Made by a program: the position numbers and the translations under genes. From NCBI RefSeq assembly GCF_018350175.1, contig NC_058368.1:179492001-179556000 (forward strand): DNA of 64,000 bases. Direction: 5' to 3'. Origin of the DNA: Felis catus (Eukaryota). Under the pieces are notes generated by a model, which saw only the letters and a program-made list of their open reading frames with translations, was not told where the DNA came from and did no database searches. Below are positions 13,060 through 27,952 of this stretch, piece after piece (within the stretch, counting starts at the first letter, position 1; every line of letters begins with the position of its first letter).

Positions 13060-14700
13060 TATATGAGGAAACATTTTGATTTATACCTTGCATTATAAAA
13101 AATTCCAGATGTGTTATACATCTAAATATAAAAATAAAGTTTCTACATGACAACAGGAAATATTTTTAGGCAAAGATTTCTTAAGTAGAATAACCATAAA
13201 ATACTAACAATAAAAGACAGTTGGACTGTGTTAGAAGTAAGAAATTGTTTGTCAAAACATACCACTATGAAAGTGAAAAGGCAAGACATAGGATGTGAGA
13301 AGATATTTATAGTACATACATCTGATACAGGATTGCTATCCATAATATCAAAGGAACTCCCACAGATTAATAACAAAGACATAAACCCAATAGAAAAATG
13401 GATGAAGGACTCAAAGAGGCATTTCAGAAAGAAAGCTTTCCAAAAGCCAGTTAGCACTGAAAAAGATATTCAGTATCATTGGTAACTAGGGAAATACAAA
13501 TTAAAACTTCAGTAAGTTACCAATCCAATATCATCGAAATGAATAAAATGAAAAAATAAGTATTGGCAAAGATATCAAACAACTGGAACTTTCCTCTACT
13601 GCTATAGAAGTATAAATTGATAGAGCCACTTCAGAAAACTATTACATAGTAAACTGAAACTGAAAATATGCATATTCTCTGTAGTAGACAGAATAATGGA
13701 TCCCTGAAGATGTCCATGTCCTAATCTCCAGAACCTATGTTAGATTACCTGGCAAAGAGGAATTAAGTTTGCAGATGGAATTAAGGTTGCAAATCACCTT
13801 ATCTTAAAATACGGAGATTAATGGGATGTTCCCATTGTAATCACAAGAGTCCTTAAAGATGGAAGAAGGTATGAGAAGAGAGAATGGGTAAAACAAGAAG
13901 TATTCACATCAAAGTTACTGGGAGGAAGGCAGACACAAGCCAGGGAAAGCTAGTGGCCTCTAGAAGCTGGAAAAGGTAAGGAAACGGATTATCTCCTAGA
14001 ACCTCCAGGAAGAAAGGCCGCCCTTCTAAAACCTTGACCTTAGCCCAGTGAGATTCATGTTGGACTTATGATCTACAGAACTGTACATTATTAAATTTTT
14101 GTTTTAGGCCACTATGTTTATGACAGTTTGTCACAACATCAAAAGAAAATTGATGTATCCTATGGCTCAGTAATTCTACTCCAAGATATATACCCAATGG
14201 GAATGCAGAGATACATATATTAAAAAAAAAAACCATGTACAAGACTGTTCATACAGCCTTATTCATAGTTACCTCAAATGAGAAACTACCCATATTTACA
14301 TAAATGTACAATGGATCATATGTAATATCTTAATACAATGGAATACTAAACCACAATGAGAAAGTTCGAATGCTACATACAATGGTATGATGGCTCTCAC
14401 AAACATAAAGTTGAATAAAAGAAGTCAAGAGTTAAGGTTGAAAATTCCATTTATATTAAGCATAAGACTAGCAAAACTATTCTATTGTGTTATAATCAGA
14501 ATTGTGGTTGCCTTGGCAGGGGTCTAGTGACTGAAAAAAGGGTGCAAAGGGGTTTTACTGGGTGCTGGCAACACTCAATTTCTTGATCTGGGTGGTGGTC
14601 TCACAGTGTGTTTGGTTTGTGGAAATTGGGCTGACATTTATGATTTATGCATATTTTGCATATTTTTGTATGTATTCTTTATTTCAATAACTAGTTTAAC
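13060..14700 (+). mobile_element. Ancient L1M 3' region, split by MLT1D-like LTR
   Basis: Degenerate ORF2 C-terminus and 3' UTR ending ...TTTCAATAA; host sequence resumes across the LTR. Confidence 0.8.
13680..14157 (+). mobile_element. MaLR solo LTR (MLT1D-like)
   Basis: TGTAGTAGACAGAATAATGG start, GCCTCTAGAAGCTGGAAAAGG, CCCAGTGAGATTCATGTTGGACTT motifs. Confidence 0.85.
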
Positions 14701-15124
14701 TTTAAAAAGGCAATGGATTGGTTAGAAAACATCAGACACAACCAAGGTGAAAATTGAAAATTGAGAAATATATCTGAAGAAATTCTCTAGAATGCAAGTA
14801 GATGATAAAAAGATGGAAAATGTAGAAAGGAATGTAGGAATGAGAAAGATCAAATTTATCTATGATAGATGCTACATAAGGAGAGAGTAGAGAGAATAGG
14901 AGAGGAAACATTCAAAGAGATAATGCTAAAAATTTTCCAGGCCTAATAAAAGATGTAAGTCCTCAGATTTGAAAAGCAGGATAAATAAAAATGAAAATAA
15001 ATACATACCTTGATATATTGTAGTTAAGCCAAGAAATACTGTTATCAACAACAATACAGGATAAAAGCAGTGCAATAATAATTTCAAAGTTCAGAGGCAG
15101 AAACAGAGCAGTCAGCCTAGATTT

Positions 15125-17266
15125 TTTTTAAACCTAGGTGTATTAAATATAGTTTCCATAAGGCAAAATTCTCTTTTTAGTGTATGGTTCTATGAGATTT
15201 AACAAATGCATACAGTTATGCAATCTCTAATGTTATCAAGATATAGAATGGTTCCATCACGCACACAAAAATTCCCTCATGCCCCATGCTGATCAACCCC
15301 TTCTCCCATTCAGTCCATGGCAACCACTGATCTATTTTCTGTCCCTGTAATTTTCATTTTCCAGAATATCATATAAATTGAATCATACAGAAGTTAGTGA
15401 GAAAGACTGATTTCACTCAATATAATTCATTTGAGATTTATCTAAGGTGTTGTGTGTATTGATTCGTTTTTTATTGCTGCGTAGTATTCCATTGAATACA
15501 TGTACTATAGTTTATTTACCTATTCACCAAGTAGAAAGGCATTTGTGTTGTTTCCAGACAATAAAGTTTGTGAATAAAATTACTATACATATATGCATAC
15601 AAAGTTTTGTGTAAATATGTTTCTGTTTTGGGGGTTAAGTACCTCCAAATGCATATTCAACTATATGAAGAAACTGATGGTTTTCTAATGTGTCTGTACT
15701 GTTTTGCATTCCTACTAGCAATATATGAGAATTTTGCTTTCTCTAGACCCTCACTAGAACTTTGTAGTATCCATTTTTTCTTCTAAGATGTGTGTAGTGA
15801 TATTTCATTGCCATTTTAATTTGTATCCTTTCATGTGCTCATTTATCATTTATCACTGGTATACACTTTGGTTAAGTGTTCAAATCTTTGCCCAATTTAG
15901 TTGGTTGTTGGTTTTCTCTTTTGGTTGTTTTAACTGTGTTTTGAAGAATAGAAGTTTTTAATTTAAATGAAGACTAATTTGTGATTTTTTAAATACATGA
16001 TGCTCTTGACGTGATGTCATATCTAAGAAATATTTGCCTAATCTAAGATCAGAAAGAATTTTTCCTTGGTTTTCTTTCTAAGAATTTTATACTTTACCTT
16101 TAGGTTTATATCCACTTAAAAAAAATTTTTTTTAAATGTTTATTTATCTTGAGACAGAGACAGAGCATGAATGGGGGAGGGTCAGAGAGAGAGGGAGACA
16201 CAGAATCCGAAACAGGCTCCAGGCTCTGAGCTGTCAGCACAGAGCCCAATGCGGGGCTTGAACTCACAGACCGCGAGATAATGACCTGAGCCGAAGTCGG
16301 ACGCTCAACCCACTGAGCCACCCAGGCGCCCCTAGATCCACTTTAAATTCATTGTTGTCAATGATACAAGGTATGGGTGGAGGGCTTTTGTTTTTTATTT
16401 TGTTTTCTTTCATGGGATGTCCAATTATTCCATCAAAAATTGTTGAAAAGACCATCATTTTCTACTGAATTACCTTTGTGCCTTTGTTAAAATCTATTGT
16501 GTATATATGTATGGATCTTTTTCTGGACACTGTCTCTATACTATCAACCTATATGTCTACTTTTTCACCAATACACGCTGTCTTAAATACTATAGCTTGA
16601 CACTGAGTTCTGAAATCAGGTGGTATAAGTCTCCAACTTTGTTCTTTTTCTAATTTTTTGACTATCCTAGTTTTTTTTGCCTTTACAAATAAATTTTAGA
16701 TGCAATTTGTCAATTTCTACCAGAATGTTGGTTAAGATTATCTTAAATCTATATACAGATTTACATCTGTAGAATATTGTGTTTATCCATCTATAATTCT
16801 GATGTATTTATTTTAAGTCTTTAAAATTGTTTAAAATTGTTTCTTCAATATTTTGTAACTTTAGCATACAGGTCTTGTACAAATTTTATTAGATGTACAT
16901 CTACTTACTTCATTATTTTTGGTAATATTATAAATTACACTGCTGTTTAAAATTCTAATTTTTCATTGCTATTTTTCTAATAGAAAAAATTATTTTTGGA
17001 TCCTCTATACTATAACATGTTACTACGGGTAGATTTTTGGAGATGGAGATTTTCTATATAGCAATCATGTTATTGGTGAATGTAGACAGTTTTGTTTCTA
17101 ATTTTTTAATGTAAAAGCTTTTTTCTTGTTTCTGGAACTGGCTAGTACCTCTAATATGATGTTGAATAGAATTCATGAGAATAGATATCTTCACTTTATT
17201 CTTGAGAAAGCATTTAGTCTTTTAGTAAAAATACATCTACAAAACTCTACAACTAACATCACACTA
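15125..17266 (-). mobile_element. Ancient L1M 3' ~2 kb with probable short 5' inversion
   Basis: Antisense 3' UTR and degenerate ORF2; last ~40 bp are L1 sense orientation. Confidence 0.8.
16118..16332 (-). mobile_element. Felid CAN-SINE inserted in old L1M
   Basis: Full body ending ...CCACCCAGGCGCCCC; 10/11 TSD TA(T/G)ATCCACTT. Confidence 0.96.
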
Positions 17267-18057
17267 TAACAAATGGCAAATACTAACAGTATAAACCAGC
17301 ACCCCAACATCTATTGAGTGTACCATGTAAGTGTTATTGTACTAAGTTTTGCCTATATCATAGAATTCATCTTTTATAGCTGTCCAATGTAAGAGATAAT
17401 GCCAGAATCCTTTTTCATAGATAAGGAAAATGAAACTCTTATTTATTAAGTCATTTTTCTTAGGTCACACAGCCAGAAAATGGAAAGGCTGGGTCTCTAA
17501 TCCAAGTCTGATTGATTCAAAGTCTGCACTATTAGGGACTAGCATGCTTTCTTTATTGAGTTCAAGGCTTTTCTCACTAAAGTTTAGTGTCTCATGGGTC
17601 TAAGATTGGAAAGGCAATCTCTCATTCCAGTCATCATAAGATATTTTATGGCTTACACCCCACCTCGTGGACAACCATTCTCACATACCTATAGTTCAGA
17701 GATAAATGGTCAGTATAGTATAATATGTTCCTTCCTACATATGTGATGTAGCTACAAGGATCTACCTTCAGAATCATGAAGCCTAAACCCAGAATTAAAG
17801 ATGGTAGGAGACTTCCTCAAGGCACATTTGGGAGGAGAGCAGAGGTCTCAAATGATCTTTTGACTTTTTTTATTTATTTAAATTTTAGTTAACACACAGA
17901 AATACAACATGCTTTTTAAAATTTTACTTCAATAAATGGTTTTCCCCAAGCATATGAATAACTTATATTAGCTAGCATGGGTTGAATAGAAAAGCTTGGA
18001 GTCAGAGAGACCCACCTCTTTAACCTACCATGTGAAATTAGGCAATTTGCTTATTAG

Positions 18058-19790
18058 TTTATTCATTCAGTGATACTATTTTGAATATCTACTACATTCC
18101 AGGCTCTGTTCTTAATCCTAGGTTATATCACTAAACAAAGTAGAGGGTCCTTCCCTCAGGAAGCTCATATTCTATCACAGGAGGTAGTCAATAAATAATA
18201 AACATGAAAAAATGAGTGACATACCGAAAAAAAAAAAAAAGGTAAGTTCTTGGCAAAAAAAGGAAAAAAAATAAGGCAGGGCAAGGAGGAGTCCCGACAA
18301 TAGGTAGGAGGGAATGGAAGTAGATGGCTATATAAAATAACATGGTCAGCATAGGACTCATTGAATAGTCATATATGAGCAAAGACATGAAAGGGGAAAG
18401 GGTGAGACAAGGGAATATATACAGGAAGTTTGCTCTAGGCTAAGGGAAAATGTGGACCAAAGCAAGGTTTAACAGTGTCTGGCATATTCAACAAACAGGA
18501 AGAAAGTCAGTGGGGCTGGAGTGGAATGAACAAAGCAGGGAATAATAAGGAAGGAGGTCACGGATGTAATGGGGGTATATGTCCGACTATGTAGAATTTA
18601 AGACATTACAAGGACTTTGGCTTTGAGTGAATTGGGGTGTCCTTGAGGTATTGTGGACAGCAATGATAGAAACAGCCCAATTAAGGGACTATTGCAGTAC
18701 CCAAAGAAAAATGTGATCATGGCTTGGAGAAGGGTCATGGAAGTGGTGAGAATTAGCCAGATCTGAATGTATTTTGAAAATTAAACTGACAGGATTTTCT
18801 TATGTATTAGATATGGGGCGAGAAAAGGAAAGGAATCAGGGATGATTATAAAGTTTTTGGACTGAGAGCCTGGGAGGATGAAATTGCCATCCACTGAGAT
18901 GGGGAAGGCAATAAACAGAAAGTTTGAGAGGAAAGACCAAAAATTCAGTTTTGAATTTGCTAAGTTTGAGATTTTCATTAAGCATCCAAGTAGAAATGTT
19001 GAATAGACAGTTGGATATTCAAATCTAGAATCTAGGATAAAGATACACATTTGAGAGCCATAAGTATAGAGATAGTGTTTAAAGTCTTGAAATCAGATAA
19101 GATCACTGAGGGAATTTGTAAAGAAAAAGAAGAGATGCAAGGACTGAGTTCTGAAGCCTGTGAACACGAATAGGTTGGGGAGAAGACAAAGCAGAGAACA
19201 CTGAAGGAGATTATTCAGCAAGGAAGGAGGAAAAGCAGCTAAGTGTAATGAAAAAAAATGTATTAAGAGAATGATTAACTCTGTGAAATAGATCAAAACG
19301 ATGACTGAAGACTTAGAATTGACCATGGATTCAGAAACACATGGAGCTCATTGTTGACCTTGGCAAGGGGTTTTTAGTGGAGTGATGGAGGAGGAACACT
19401 GGTGGCTACTGGTGGCAATAGAAAACTTCCTTTCAAATTGGAGCAAAGTTGGTGATGGATGTTGAAGTGGGGTCAAAGAGAATTTTCTTTTTTAATGGGA
19501 GGCAAAACATGTTTTGTTCTGAGGGAAAGGCCTGGTAGAAAAAATTATATAGAAGGAAGAGGGGAGAATTGCTAGAATGATCATAGAAGAGAGGGGTTAG
19601 GATCTGGTGCACAGGTGGAGGGGCTTAGCTTTAGATGGGAACGTGGATGTTTCACACACAGGTGAGAAGGCAAAGAGAAATCTTTGGATGGGAATTGTAG
19701 CAGGTGGATAGATGTGGTGGTGGGATCTATAGAAGTAGAAATTCTCTTGTGGTTGCTTCAGCTTTCTCAATGATGTAGGAAGCAAGTTCA
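18058..19790 (-). mobile_element. LINE-2 (L2a-like) 3' fragment
   Basis: TTATTCATTCA terminus followed by typical purine-rich antisense L2 sequence. Confidence 0.8.
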
Positions 19791-21554
19791 GACACAGAGA
19801 CTACGGAAGTGGAGAAGAAGGAAGTGAAAAGGGGAAAAACAGGACAGAGAAAAGGAGAGAGACTCTTTTGGTGGTTTGAGAACAGAGAGGATGTGAAAAT
19901 CACATATATCTTTGAGCCTCAGTTATATTGGAGATAAGAATTCATGAATTGCACAATAGTATATCAAAAGCCAATGTTCAAAAACTTACAGTTATCATCA
20001 TCAAATCTACTGTCTGTATCTGCTTCTTGCTCTCAGGCTGTCAGTTTGGAGAAGATGAATCATGTAGCACTTTTTTCTTTAGATGCTACCTAGAAAAGTA
20101 TGAACTCCATTTGATATCTGAATTTTTTAAATCTAAGGAAATTGGAACAAAAAATTGCAGAGAGAGGAAAAAAGATACATCACCCATAATTCTACCACTT
20201 CTCTAGTGTTATGCTTTTATTTATGTCAGTGTGTATTCCAATCTACTCCTAATTAGATATCACATATACATTACATATTGTTTCTTTAATATTATATATT
20301 AAACATTTTCTATAATATTAAGCTTCAAAGCCATTGTCTCACTGGTTGCATATTTTTCATGTGTACATTCATGTGAATGACTATATTTTATACAACAGTT
20401 CATTATTGAACACTTAAATTGCTTCAAATATGTTATTAAAATTTATTATTATGAATGTATTTGAGCATATTTAAGAATAATTGGTGAGTTTATAATAAAG
20501 GTACCTACCATTTAATCACTAATTATCTACTACCAATTATAGAGCAGTGTGCTAATGATTTTTCATACCTCTCATTTGATTATCTTAATGGCAGAAAAGT
20601 TATTTTATGTTGAAATACTTTAGCATATGTAAAAGTTGGAAATTAATATAAACAAACATTCTTTAACTGCCTCATCATCTTTACTAGATCTTAATATTTA
20701 GCTATATTTGGTTTATAATTTTCCAAAGAAATAAAGTATCACAGGTAGAGTTGAAAATTCTTATTCCATTGCCCTCCCTTCTTCACCGTAAGTCACTACT
20801 ATCCAGAATTTAGTGTTTACATTTCTACTGATTTTCTAATGACTTCATTCATATAAATGTGTCAATAAAGAAAATTTAGTATTAAATTTGCTTGTGTTAA
20901 GCTTTATATATATGGCATAATTCTTCACATGTCATTTTTGAACTTCATTTTTTACTGAATTGTGTTGTATATTTATGTTGATACACAATACTCTCATTGA
21001 TTCAAACAGCTGCATATTTTTCACTGTATATATAATCACAATTTATTTAACCATTATTTTGGTAGACATTTAGGTTCTCCTAATAATTTACATTTGTGAG
21101 AAATGCTATATTAGCATCTTTTTACACTAAGTGTGGAATTGTCAAATTCTTTAGGATGTATATCTAGATGTGAAATTAGCTACAATGGTGTTTGGGAATA
21201 CATATAGTTTAAAGTTTTTCCAGGATGTCTAGTGTGTGGCCTGGGTTGAGAACGGCTGCTCTAGATTTTATCCTTCTCAGGTACAGTTAAATTATTGCCT
21301 ACCTTTTCGCATTATAAGTGTACAACTAGATGCATAAAATTGTGGCCACTGAAGGTGCTGCCTCAGTGTTCTGGGGCTGACAAATCTTAAGAGCAGCTGT
21401 AGCTTTCTGTGTATATGGTCTCTCAGAAGAGAGATTCCAAAGCAGACTGGTCGGTCACTAGATGACACCTTTGCAATTCATCTGCCACCTCTGTCTGTGC
21501 TTTCACCTGTAGAAGGGAAGAATCAATACACAAGCCAAACAAGCTCAGCTAAGA

Positions 21555-21745
21555 CAGGGATGGAAAATGATTCTTCTCTACCATTGAAAAGCAGTTGATG
21601 TAAGCTTCCTCAGCAGAATAACGGGAATGATTGGAAAGCCACTTAGGAACTCTGTGGAAGGTTGCTGTGATTGATTAGTGATGTCTGCCATGGGTTGAAT
21701 ATAAGGAAGTGGTCATATGGGTGCATAATTAGCAACTTGTCCCCA
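21555..21745 (+). mobile_element. hAT MITE (MER117-like)
   Basis: CAGGGATGGAAAAT start; GCTGTGATTGATTAGTGATGTCTGCCATGGG internal motif. Confidence 0.6.
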
Positions 21746-21856
21746 CGATTTGCCTACCAGCAATCAAGGAAAAGCAGCTCTCTGGAGATTGGCTCTGTTA
21801 TAATAAAAGAGGAGATCTAAAGGTTGTCAATGGCTTAAAAGGAAAGTTTTGCCAAG

Positions 21857-21882
21857 TTTTTTTTTTTTTTTTTTTTTTTTTT
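21857..21882 (+). repeat. T26 homopolymer
   Basis: Direct read. Confidence 0.95.
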
Positions 21883-24800
21883 GAAGTCTCATTTCTTTCT
21901 CTCTTTTCAAAAGTTTGGCCTAAATTTACCCCTGGGCCAACATATTCTTGCTGATAGGCAGGGTGAACTCTTGATCCTTCTCACCCAGGGAAGAATATAG
22001 GTTTTGGACAACAAATATAGGTGCTGGAGCCCAGATCTGCAAGTCACAGGCTGTGTGGCCCAGGAAATGCCATTGGTTTGCTCTGTGCCTCAATTCCTGA
22101 TTGTAAAATAGGGACATTACCTATGTCACATGTTGTTCTGAGGGGGAATTATAGGTGTTTAGTATTTTCCTGAGCCAAATTACCAATGAATGGTAATGAT
22201 TGACATATTATTATAATTATTGTAATTGTTATATTTTTTATTAAAAAGCAAAATAATGATCATGGTGGTGCAGTTTGAAGATAGGTCTGGTATAGAAAAT
22301 TTAGCTATGGGTAGGTTTAAGGAGTCTGTCTCCAGTTACAATGAATGACTAGAAATTGGGCCCATACAATGGGATACACTAGGATGGTTGGGGGAGAAAA
22401 TCTGTGAAGGCAGCAGACACAAAGGTCAAGCAACAAGAATTCCTGTTAGAGTTGTCATAGGACATAAACACAGGCTGAGTTCTGAGACCAAATGAAGGAA
22501 TACCCCCACCTCCAGAGGAAATGGAGGAAAACACAAAATGGATTCAATTACTCTGAGCATAATTATGTCAGCTATGAAGATGCATTTACGTGTTGTACTG
22601 CTGTATGTCAGAACTCTGATACCTCCTAGGCCATGAGAAATAAATACAAACATTTCTGAGAAATTCTTCCTTCAACCCAGTCAACATTCCAATGCAAACT
22701 AAGAAAAGAGGTCAGGGTGTGAATTCTAAAAGCAAAATATTCCCACTACAGTTTGGAGTCTAGCGTATCTGCTTGGACCCTGAAAAGATTGACTTTCACT
22801 TCCTCTTTTATTAAATATCATACTCATTTAAGTATTGCACAATTTACTAGTACATTTGAAGCATAATGAAAGATGCTTGTCATAAGTATATTTTAATTTT
22901 ATTTCAATGACACAAAATGGCAAATAGTAATCAGAGCATTGACTTAGAAATCAGAACCAGAATGATATTTCCATGGAAAAGGATCATTAAAAAAAATCAT
23001 AACAGTGGCTACAAATGTATAAATGAGGAAACTGAGGCTTACATGTAATTTTGGGGGATCAGGTTTATTGAGATATTTATAGACAATAAAATATTCCCTT
23101 TTTAAGAGTGTAGTGCAGTGAGTTTTGACAAATGTGCATAGTCCTGTAACCCAAACCATTACTATGTTAGACCCATTTCTATTACTGAGAAAAGTTTATT
23201 TGTGACTATTTGTAGTCAATTATCTCCCCTCACCTAGTAATCAGTGACCTGGTTTCTGATCTGTTTTTTGCCTTTTCAAAATATCATACAAATATAATCA
23301 TAAAGTATGTAAGTTTTGTACCTTCTTTCTCTGGCATAGTGCTTTTTTGAGAGTCACCTATTTTTTTTCGCCTGTATTGATGCTTTATTTTTTATTCCTA
23401 AATTATATTCTATTACATTAACGTACCACAAATTAGTTATCCATTTAGCAGTAGATGAGCATTTGAGTTGCTTCTATTGTTTATTATACATAAAGTTTCC
23501 ATAAACATTTACATACAGATCTTTTGTGGATATAGGTTTTCAATTTTCTTGGTTAAAATATGAGGGGTGGGATTTCTGGGTCACATAGTAAGTGATGAAT
23601 GCATTACTTTACTAGAAAGTGCCAAAGACCTTACCTTTCGCATTCCCATGAATAATGTGTATAAGGCTTCCAGATGTCCTATTCTCAATAGCACTTTTCA
23701 GTTTTAGCTATTCTTATGGGTATGTGGTGATATCTCAATATGATTTTAATTTTCATTTCCTCAGTAACTAATGATGTGTTTCTTTTCATGAGTTTGTCAT
23801 CTATATGTCTTCTGTAGTAAAGCTTTTACCCAGTTTTTGCTTTCTTGTCTTACTGAATTTTGAGAGGTGCTTTATATATTCTGGACATGAACCCATTATG
23901 AGATATATGTTGCTTATCTTTTTTATTTATGTCACCATATCTTTCAAAGAAGAGATGTTTTTAATTTTGATTAAGTTCAACTTATCATTTTCTTTCTGTT
24001 GTGGTCTGTGCTTTAAGTATATTATCTAAGAACTTCTTGCCTAATTCAAGCTCAAAAGGATTTTATCCTATGTCATCTTCTAGAAGTTTTTATACATTTA
24101 ACACTGGCATTTAGGTATAGACCATTTCAAGTTAATTTTGTACATAGTCCAGGAAAAGATCAAGGTTATTTCCTTATTTAGCATATAGATAGCCAATTGT
24201 TCCAGTACCCATTGCTGAAAAGATGATCTTTTGTCTGTTGAATTATCTTGGCACTTTGGTTGAAGATCAGTGACCATATATATATGTGGGTCTATTTCTG
24301 AACTCTTGATTCTATTCCCTTGATCTTTGTGTCTCTCTTTTATCTAATACCACACTGTCTTGATTATTATATCCTTAGAGTAAATCTTCAGATCAGGTTA
24401 TTTGAATCCTCCAACTTTATTCTTTGTATTCAAAATTACCTATTTAGCTATTTTAGTTCCTTTTTTTTCTATATAAATTTTAGAATTAACCTATAAATTT
24501 CTTCAGAAAAAAGTCATGCTGATATTTTGATTGGGATTGCTTTGAATGAATAGATCAATTTGAAGAGAATTGATATCCTAACAATGTTGAATTTTCCAAT
24601 CCATGAGCACAGTTATAGCTATCCATAGATAACTTCCTCTTGATTTCACTAATCAACATTTTGTCATTTCCAGCATTTAAATCCTGTACATATTTAGTTA
24701 GTTTTGCCTCTAAGTATTTCATGTTTTTTAATGCTATTATAAATGGTATTGTTTTTGTAATTTCAGTTTCCAGTTATTCTTTGCCAGTGTCTGATGAAAC

Positions 24801-25254
24801 AATTGATTTTCCTATATTGACCATATATCCTGCAACCTTACTAAACTCACTTATAAGCAGATTCTTTAGGATTTCTTATGTAGACAATCATGTTGTCATT
24901 TATATAAATGTAAGTTTATGCCTTCCTTTCACATCTGCATGCCTTTTTACATTTTTTCATATTACTGCATTGGCTAGGATCCCCAACATAGTGTTGAAAA
25001 TGAGTGGTGAATCAGACATTCTTCCCTTGTTCCTAATTTTAGGAGGAACACATTCATTTTCATCTTAGCTAACTAGTTTTTTTCTAGATGCCCCTTATCA
25101 GGCTAAGGAAGTTTCCTCTTTCCTAATTTCTGAGAATTTTGTCATGAATACATGTGAAATTTTGTCAAATGCTTTTTCTCCATCTCTCTAGATGATCATA
25201 TGCTTTTTCTTTTTTATACTCTGTTAATGTAATAAATGACACAGATTAATTTTC

Positions 25255-25970
25255 TTTTTTTTTAATATGAAATTTATTGACAAATTGGTTTCCATACAAC
25301 ACCCAGTGCTCATCCCAAAAGGTGCCCTCCTCAATACCCATCACCCACCCTCTCTTCCCTCCCCCCCCCCATCAACCCTCAGTTTGTTCTCAGTTTTTAA
25401 GAGTCTCTTATGCTTTGGCTCTCTCCCACTCTAACCTGTTTTTTTTTTTCTTCCCCTCCCCCATGGGTTCCTGTTAATTTCTCAGGGTCCACATAAGAGT
25501 GAAACCATATGGTATCTGTCTTTCTCTGTATGACTTATTTCACTTAGCATCACACTCTCCAGTTCCATCCACGTTGCTACAAAAGGCCATATTTCATTTT
25601 TTCTCATTGCCATGTAGTACTCCATTGTGTATATAAACCACAATTTCTTTATCCATTCATCAGTTGATGGACATTTAGGCTCTTTCCATAATTTGGCTAT
25701 TGTTGAGAGTGCTGCTATGAACATTGGGGTACAAGTGGCCCTATGCATCAGTACTCCTGTATCCCTTGGATAAATTCCTAGCAGTGCTATTGCTGGGTCA
25801 TAGGGTAGGTCTATTTTTAATTTTCTGAGGAACCTCCACACTGCTTTCCAGAGCGGCTGCACCAATTTGCATTCCCACCAACAGTGCAAGAGGGTTCCCG
25901 TTTCTCCACATCCTCTCCAGCATCTATAGTCTCCTGATTTGTTCATTTTGGCCACTCTGACTGGCGTGAG
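25255..25970 (-). mobile_element. Young felid LINE-1, 5'-truncated (716 bp), inserted in an ancient L1M
   Basis: ORF2p C-terminus ([18 protein letters not shown]), 3' UTR and T-tract; perfect 17-bp TSD GACACAGATTAATTTTC at 25238-25254 and 25971-25987. Confidence 0.97.
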
Positions 25971-27491
25971 GACACAGATTAATTTTCAAGCACTGAACCA
26001 ACTTTTCATACTTGAGGTAAACTTCAGTTGGTAATAATGTATTATCTTATTAAATACTGAATTCCATTTTCTAGTATTTTGTTAAATTTTTAAATATTTA
26101 TGATGGGCATTGGTATATAATTTTTATTTTTTATAATGTCTTTGTCTAGTTTTGGTATCATGGTAATTCTGACCTCATTAACAAGTTGGAAAGTGTTCTC
26201 TTCTATTTTCTTGATGACTTTGTGTAAAATTGGTCATTTTTGCCAGGGAGACTATAACCTGGTTTCTTTTTGTGGGAAGGTTTTCAAACTATGAATTCAA
26301 AGTTTAATAGATATAGGGTTGGTTTGGTTATTTCTTCTTGAGCTTTTTGTAGTTTGTGTCTTTCAAGAAATTTGTCCATTCCATCTAAATTACCAAATGT
26401 TTGGCATAAAGCTTTTCATAATATTCTATTATTCTTCCTTTAATGTTAGTTGTCTTTGTAGAAATGTCTCCTGTTTCATTCCTGATATTAATCATTTATG
26501 TCTTCTCTTTTTTATGATTAATCTTTCTAGAGATTTCCAATTTTATTTGTCTTTTCAAAGCACAAATTTTGATTTCATTGGTTTTCTCCATTGCATCTCT
26601 GTTTCACTTTTAGTGATTTCTGCTCTTCATTATTCTTTCCTCCTCTTTACTTTGTGTTTGACATGCTCTTCTTCATCTAGTTTCTTAAAGTAGAAAATTA
26701 GGTTATTGATTTTCGTCCTTCCTTCCTATCTAATACCAAAACATTCCCTTCAGACACTGCTTTAGCTTCATTCCACAAATGTTCACATGTTGTATTTTCA
26801 TTTTCATTAAATTAAAAATATTTTCTAATTTCTCTTGTGATTTCTTCTTTGACCATGGTTTATTTACAAGAGTGATGTTTAATTTTCAACATTTTAAATG
26901 ATTTTTGTGTGTCTTTGATTTCAATTTTAGTTCTAATGTAGTCAGATAATATTTTTTTTACAATTTTAATCCTTTAAAAATTATTGAACCTTATTTTATA
27001 GTCTAGACTATGGTTTATCATAGTGAATGTTCCAAGTGGATTTGAAAATAATGTATATTCTGCTGTTGTTGGGTGGAGAGTTCTCTAAATGTCAATGAGT
27101 CTTATTTGGTTACTAGTGGTTTTTTTTTTTTTTAATTTTTAAATGTCTTTAGTGATTTCTTGTCCACTTGTAGCAATTACTGAGATAAGAGTGTTGATAG
27201 CCACAGCATAATTATGGATTGGGCTATTCTTTTTTTTTTTTTAGGTCTACTAGGTTTTGTTTTTATGTGTTTTGAAGCTCTCTTGTTGGGTACATCCACA
27301 TTTAGGATTGTTATGTTCTCTTGGTGAACTGACCCCTTTATCATTATAAAACATCTCCTCTTTATCTGGGGAAGCAATGTTTATTTAAATTCTACTTTGT
27401 CTAATAATAATATAGCTACTCTAGCTTTCTTTGACTAGTGTTTTCATGCTGCATTCTTTTCCATCCTGTTATTGTCACCATCTTTGAGTCT

Positions 27492-27704
27492 ATTTATTTA
27501 TTTATTTACATTTATTTATTTTTGAGAGACAGAGAGAGGGCACAAGTGGGGGAGGGGCAGAGATAGAAGGAGACCCAGAATCCGAAGCAGGCTCCAGGCT
27601 CCAAGCTGCACAGCGGGGCTGTACCTGGCTTGAACACACGAACTGCGAGATCATGACCTGAGCTGAAGTCGGACGCTCAACTGACTGAGCCACCCAGGTA
27701 CCCC
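27492..27704 (-). mobile_element. Felid CAN-SINE
   Basis: SINE body with locally rearranged middle; short GAGTCT flanking repeat. Confidence 0.93.
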
Positions 27705-27894
27705 GAGTCTTTATATTTAAAGAGGATTTATTATAGATATCATTCAGTTGGGTCTTGCTTTGTTTAAACAAATCCCATAAGTCGCTGGCTTTAAACTGAA
27801 TTGTTTAGACCATTTATATCTGATGAAATTACTACCACATGGGTTTAAGTCTACCATCTTGCTATGTGTTTAATATTTGTCCCCTCTGTTCTTT

Positions 27895-27915
27895 AATTTT
27901 TTTAATGTTTATTTA

Positions 27916-27952
<37 letters not shown>

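Noticed and set aside
21843..21923. T26 run with imperfect flanking repeat (AAAGTTTTGCCAA / AAAGTTTGGCCTA) as a tiny retroposed insertion
   Set aside because: A pristine tail with a degenerate TSD is inconsistent, and the ~26-bp body matches no recognisable element; more likely homopolymer expansion.
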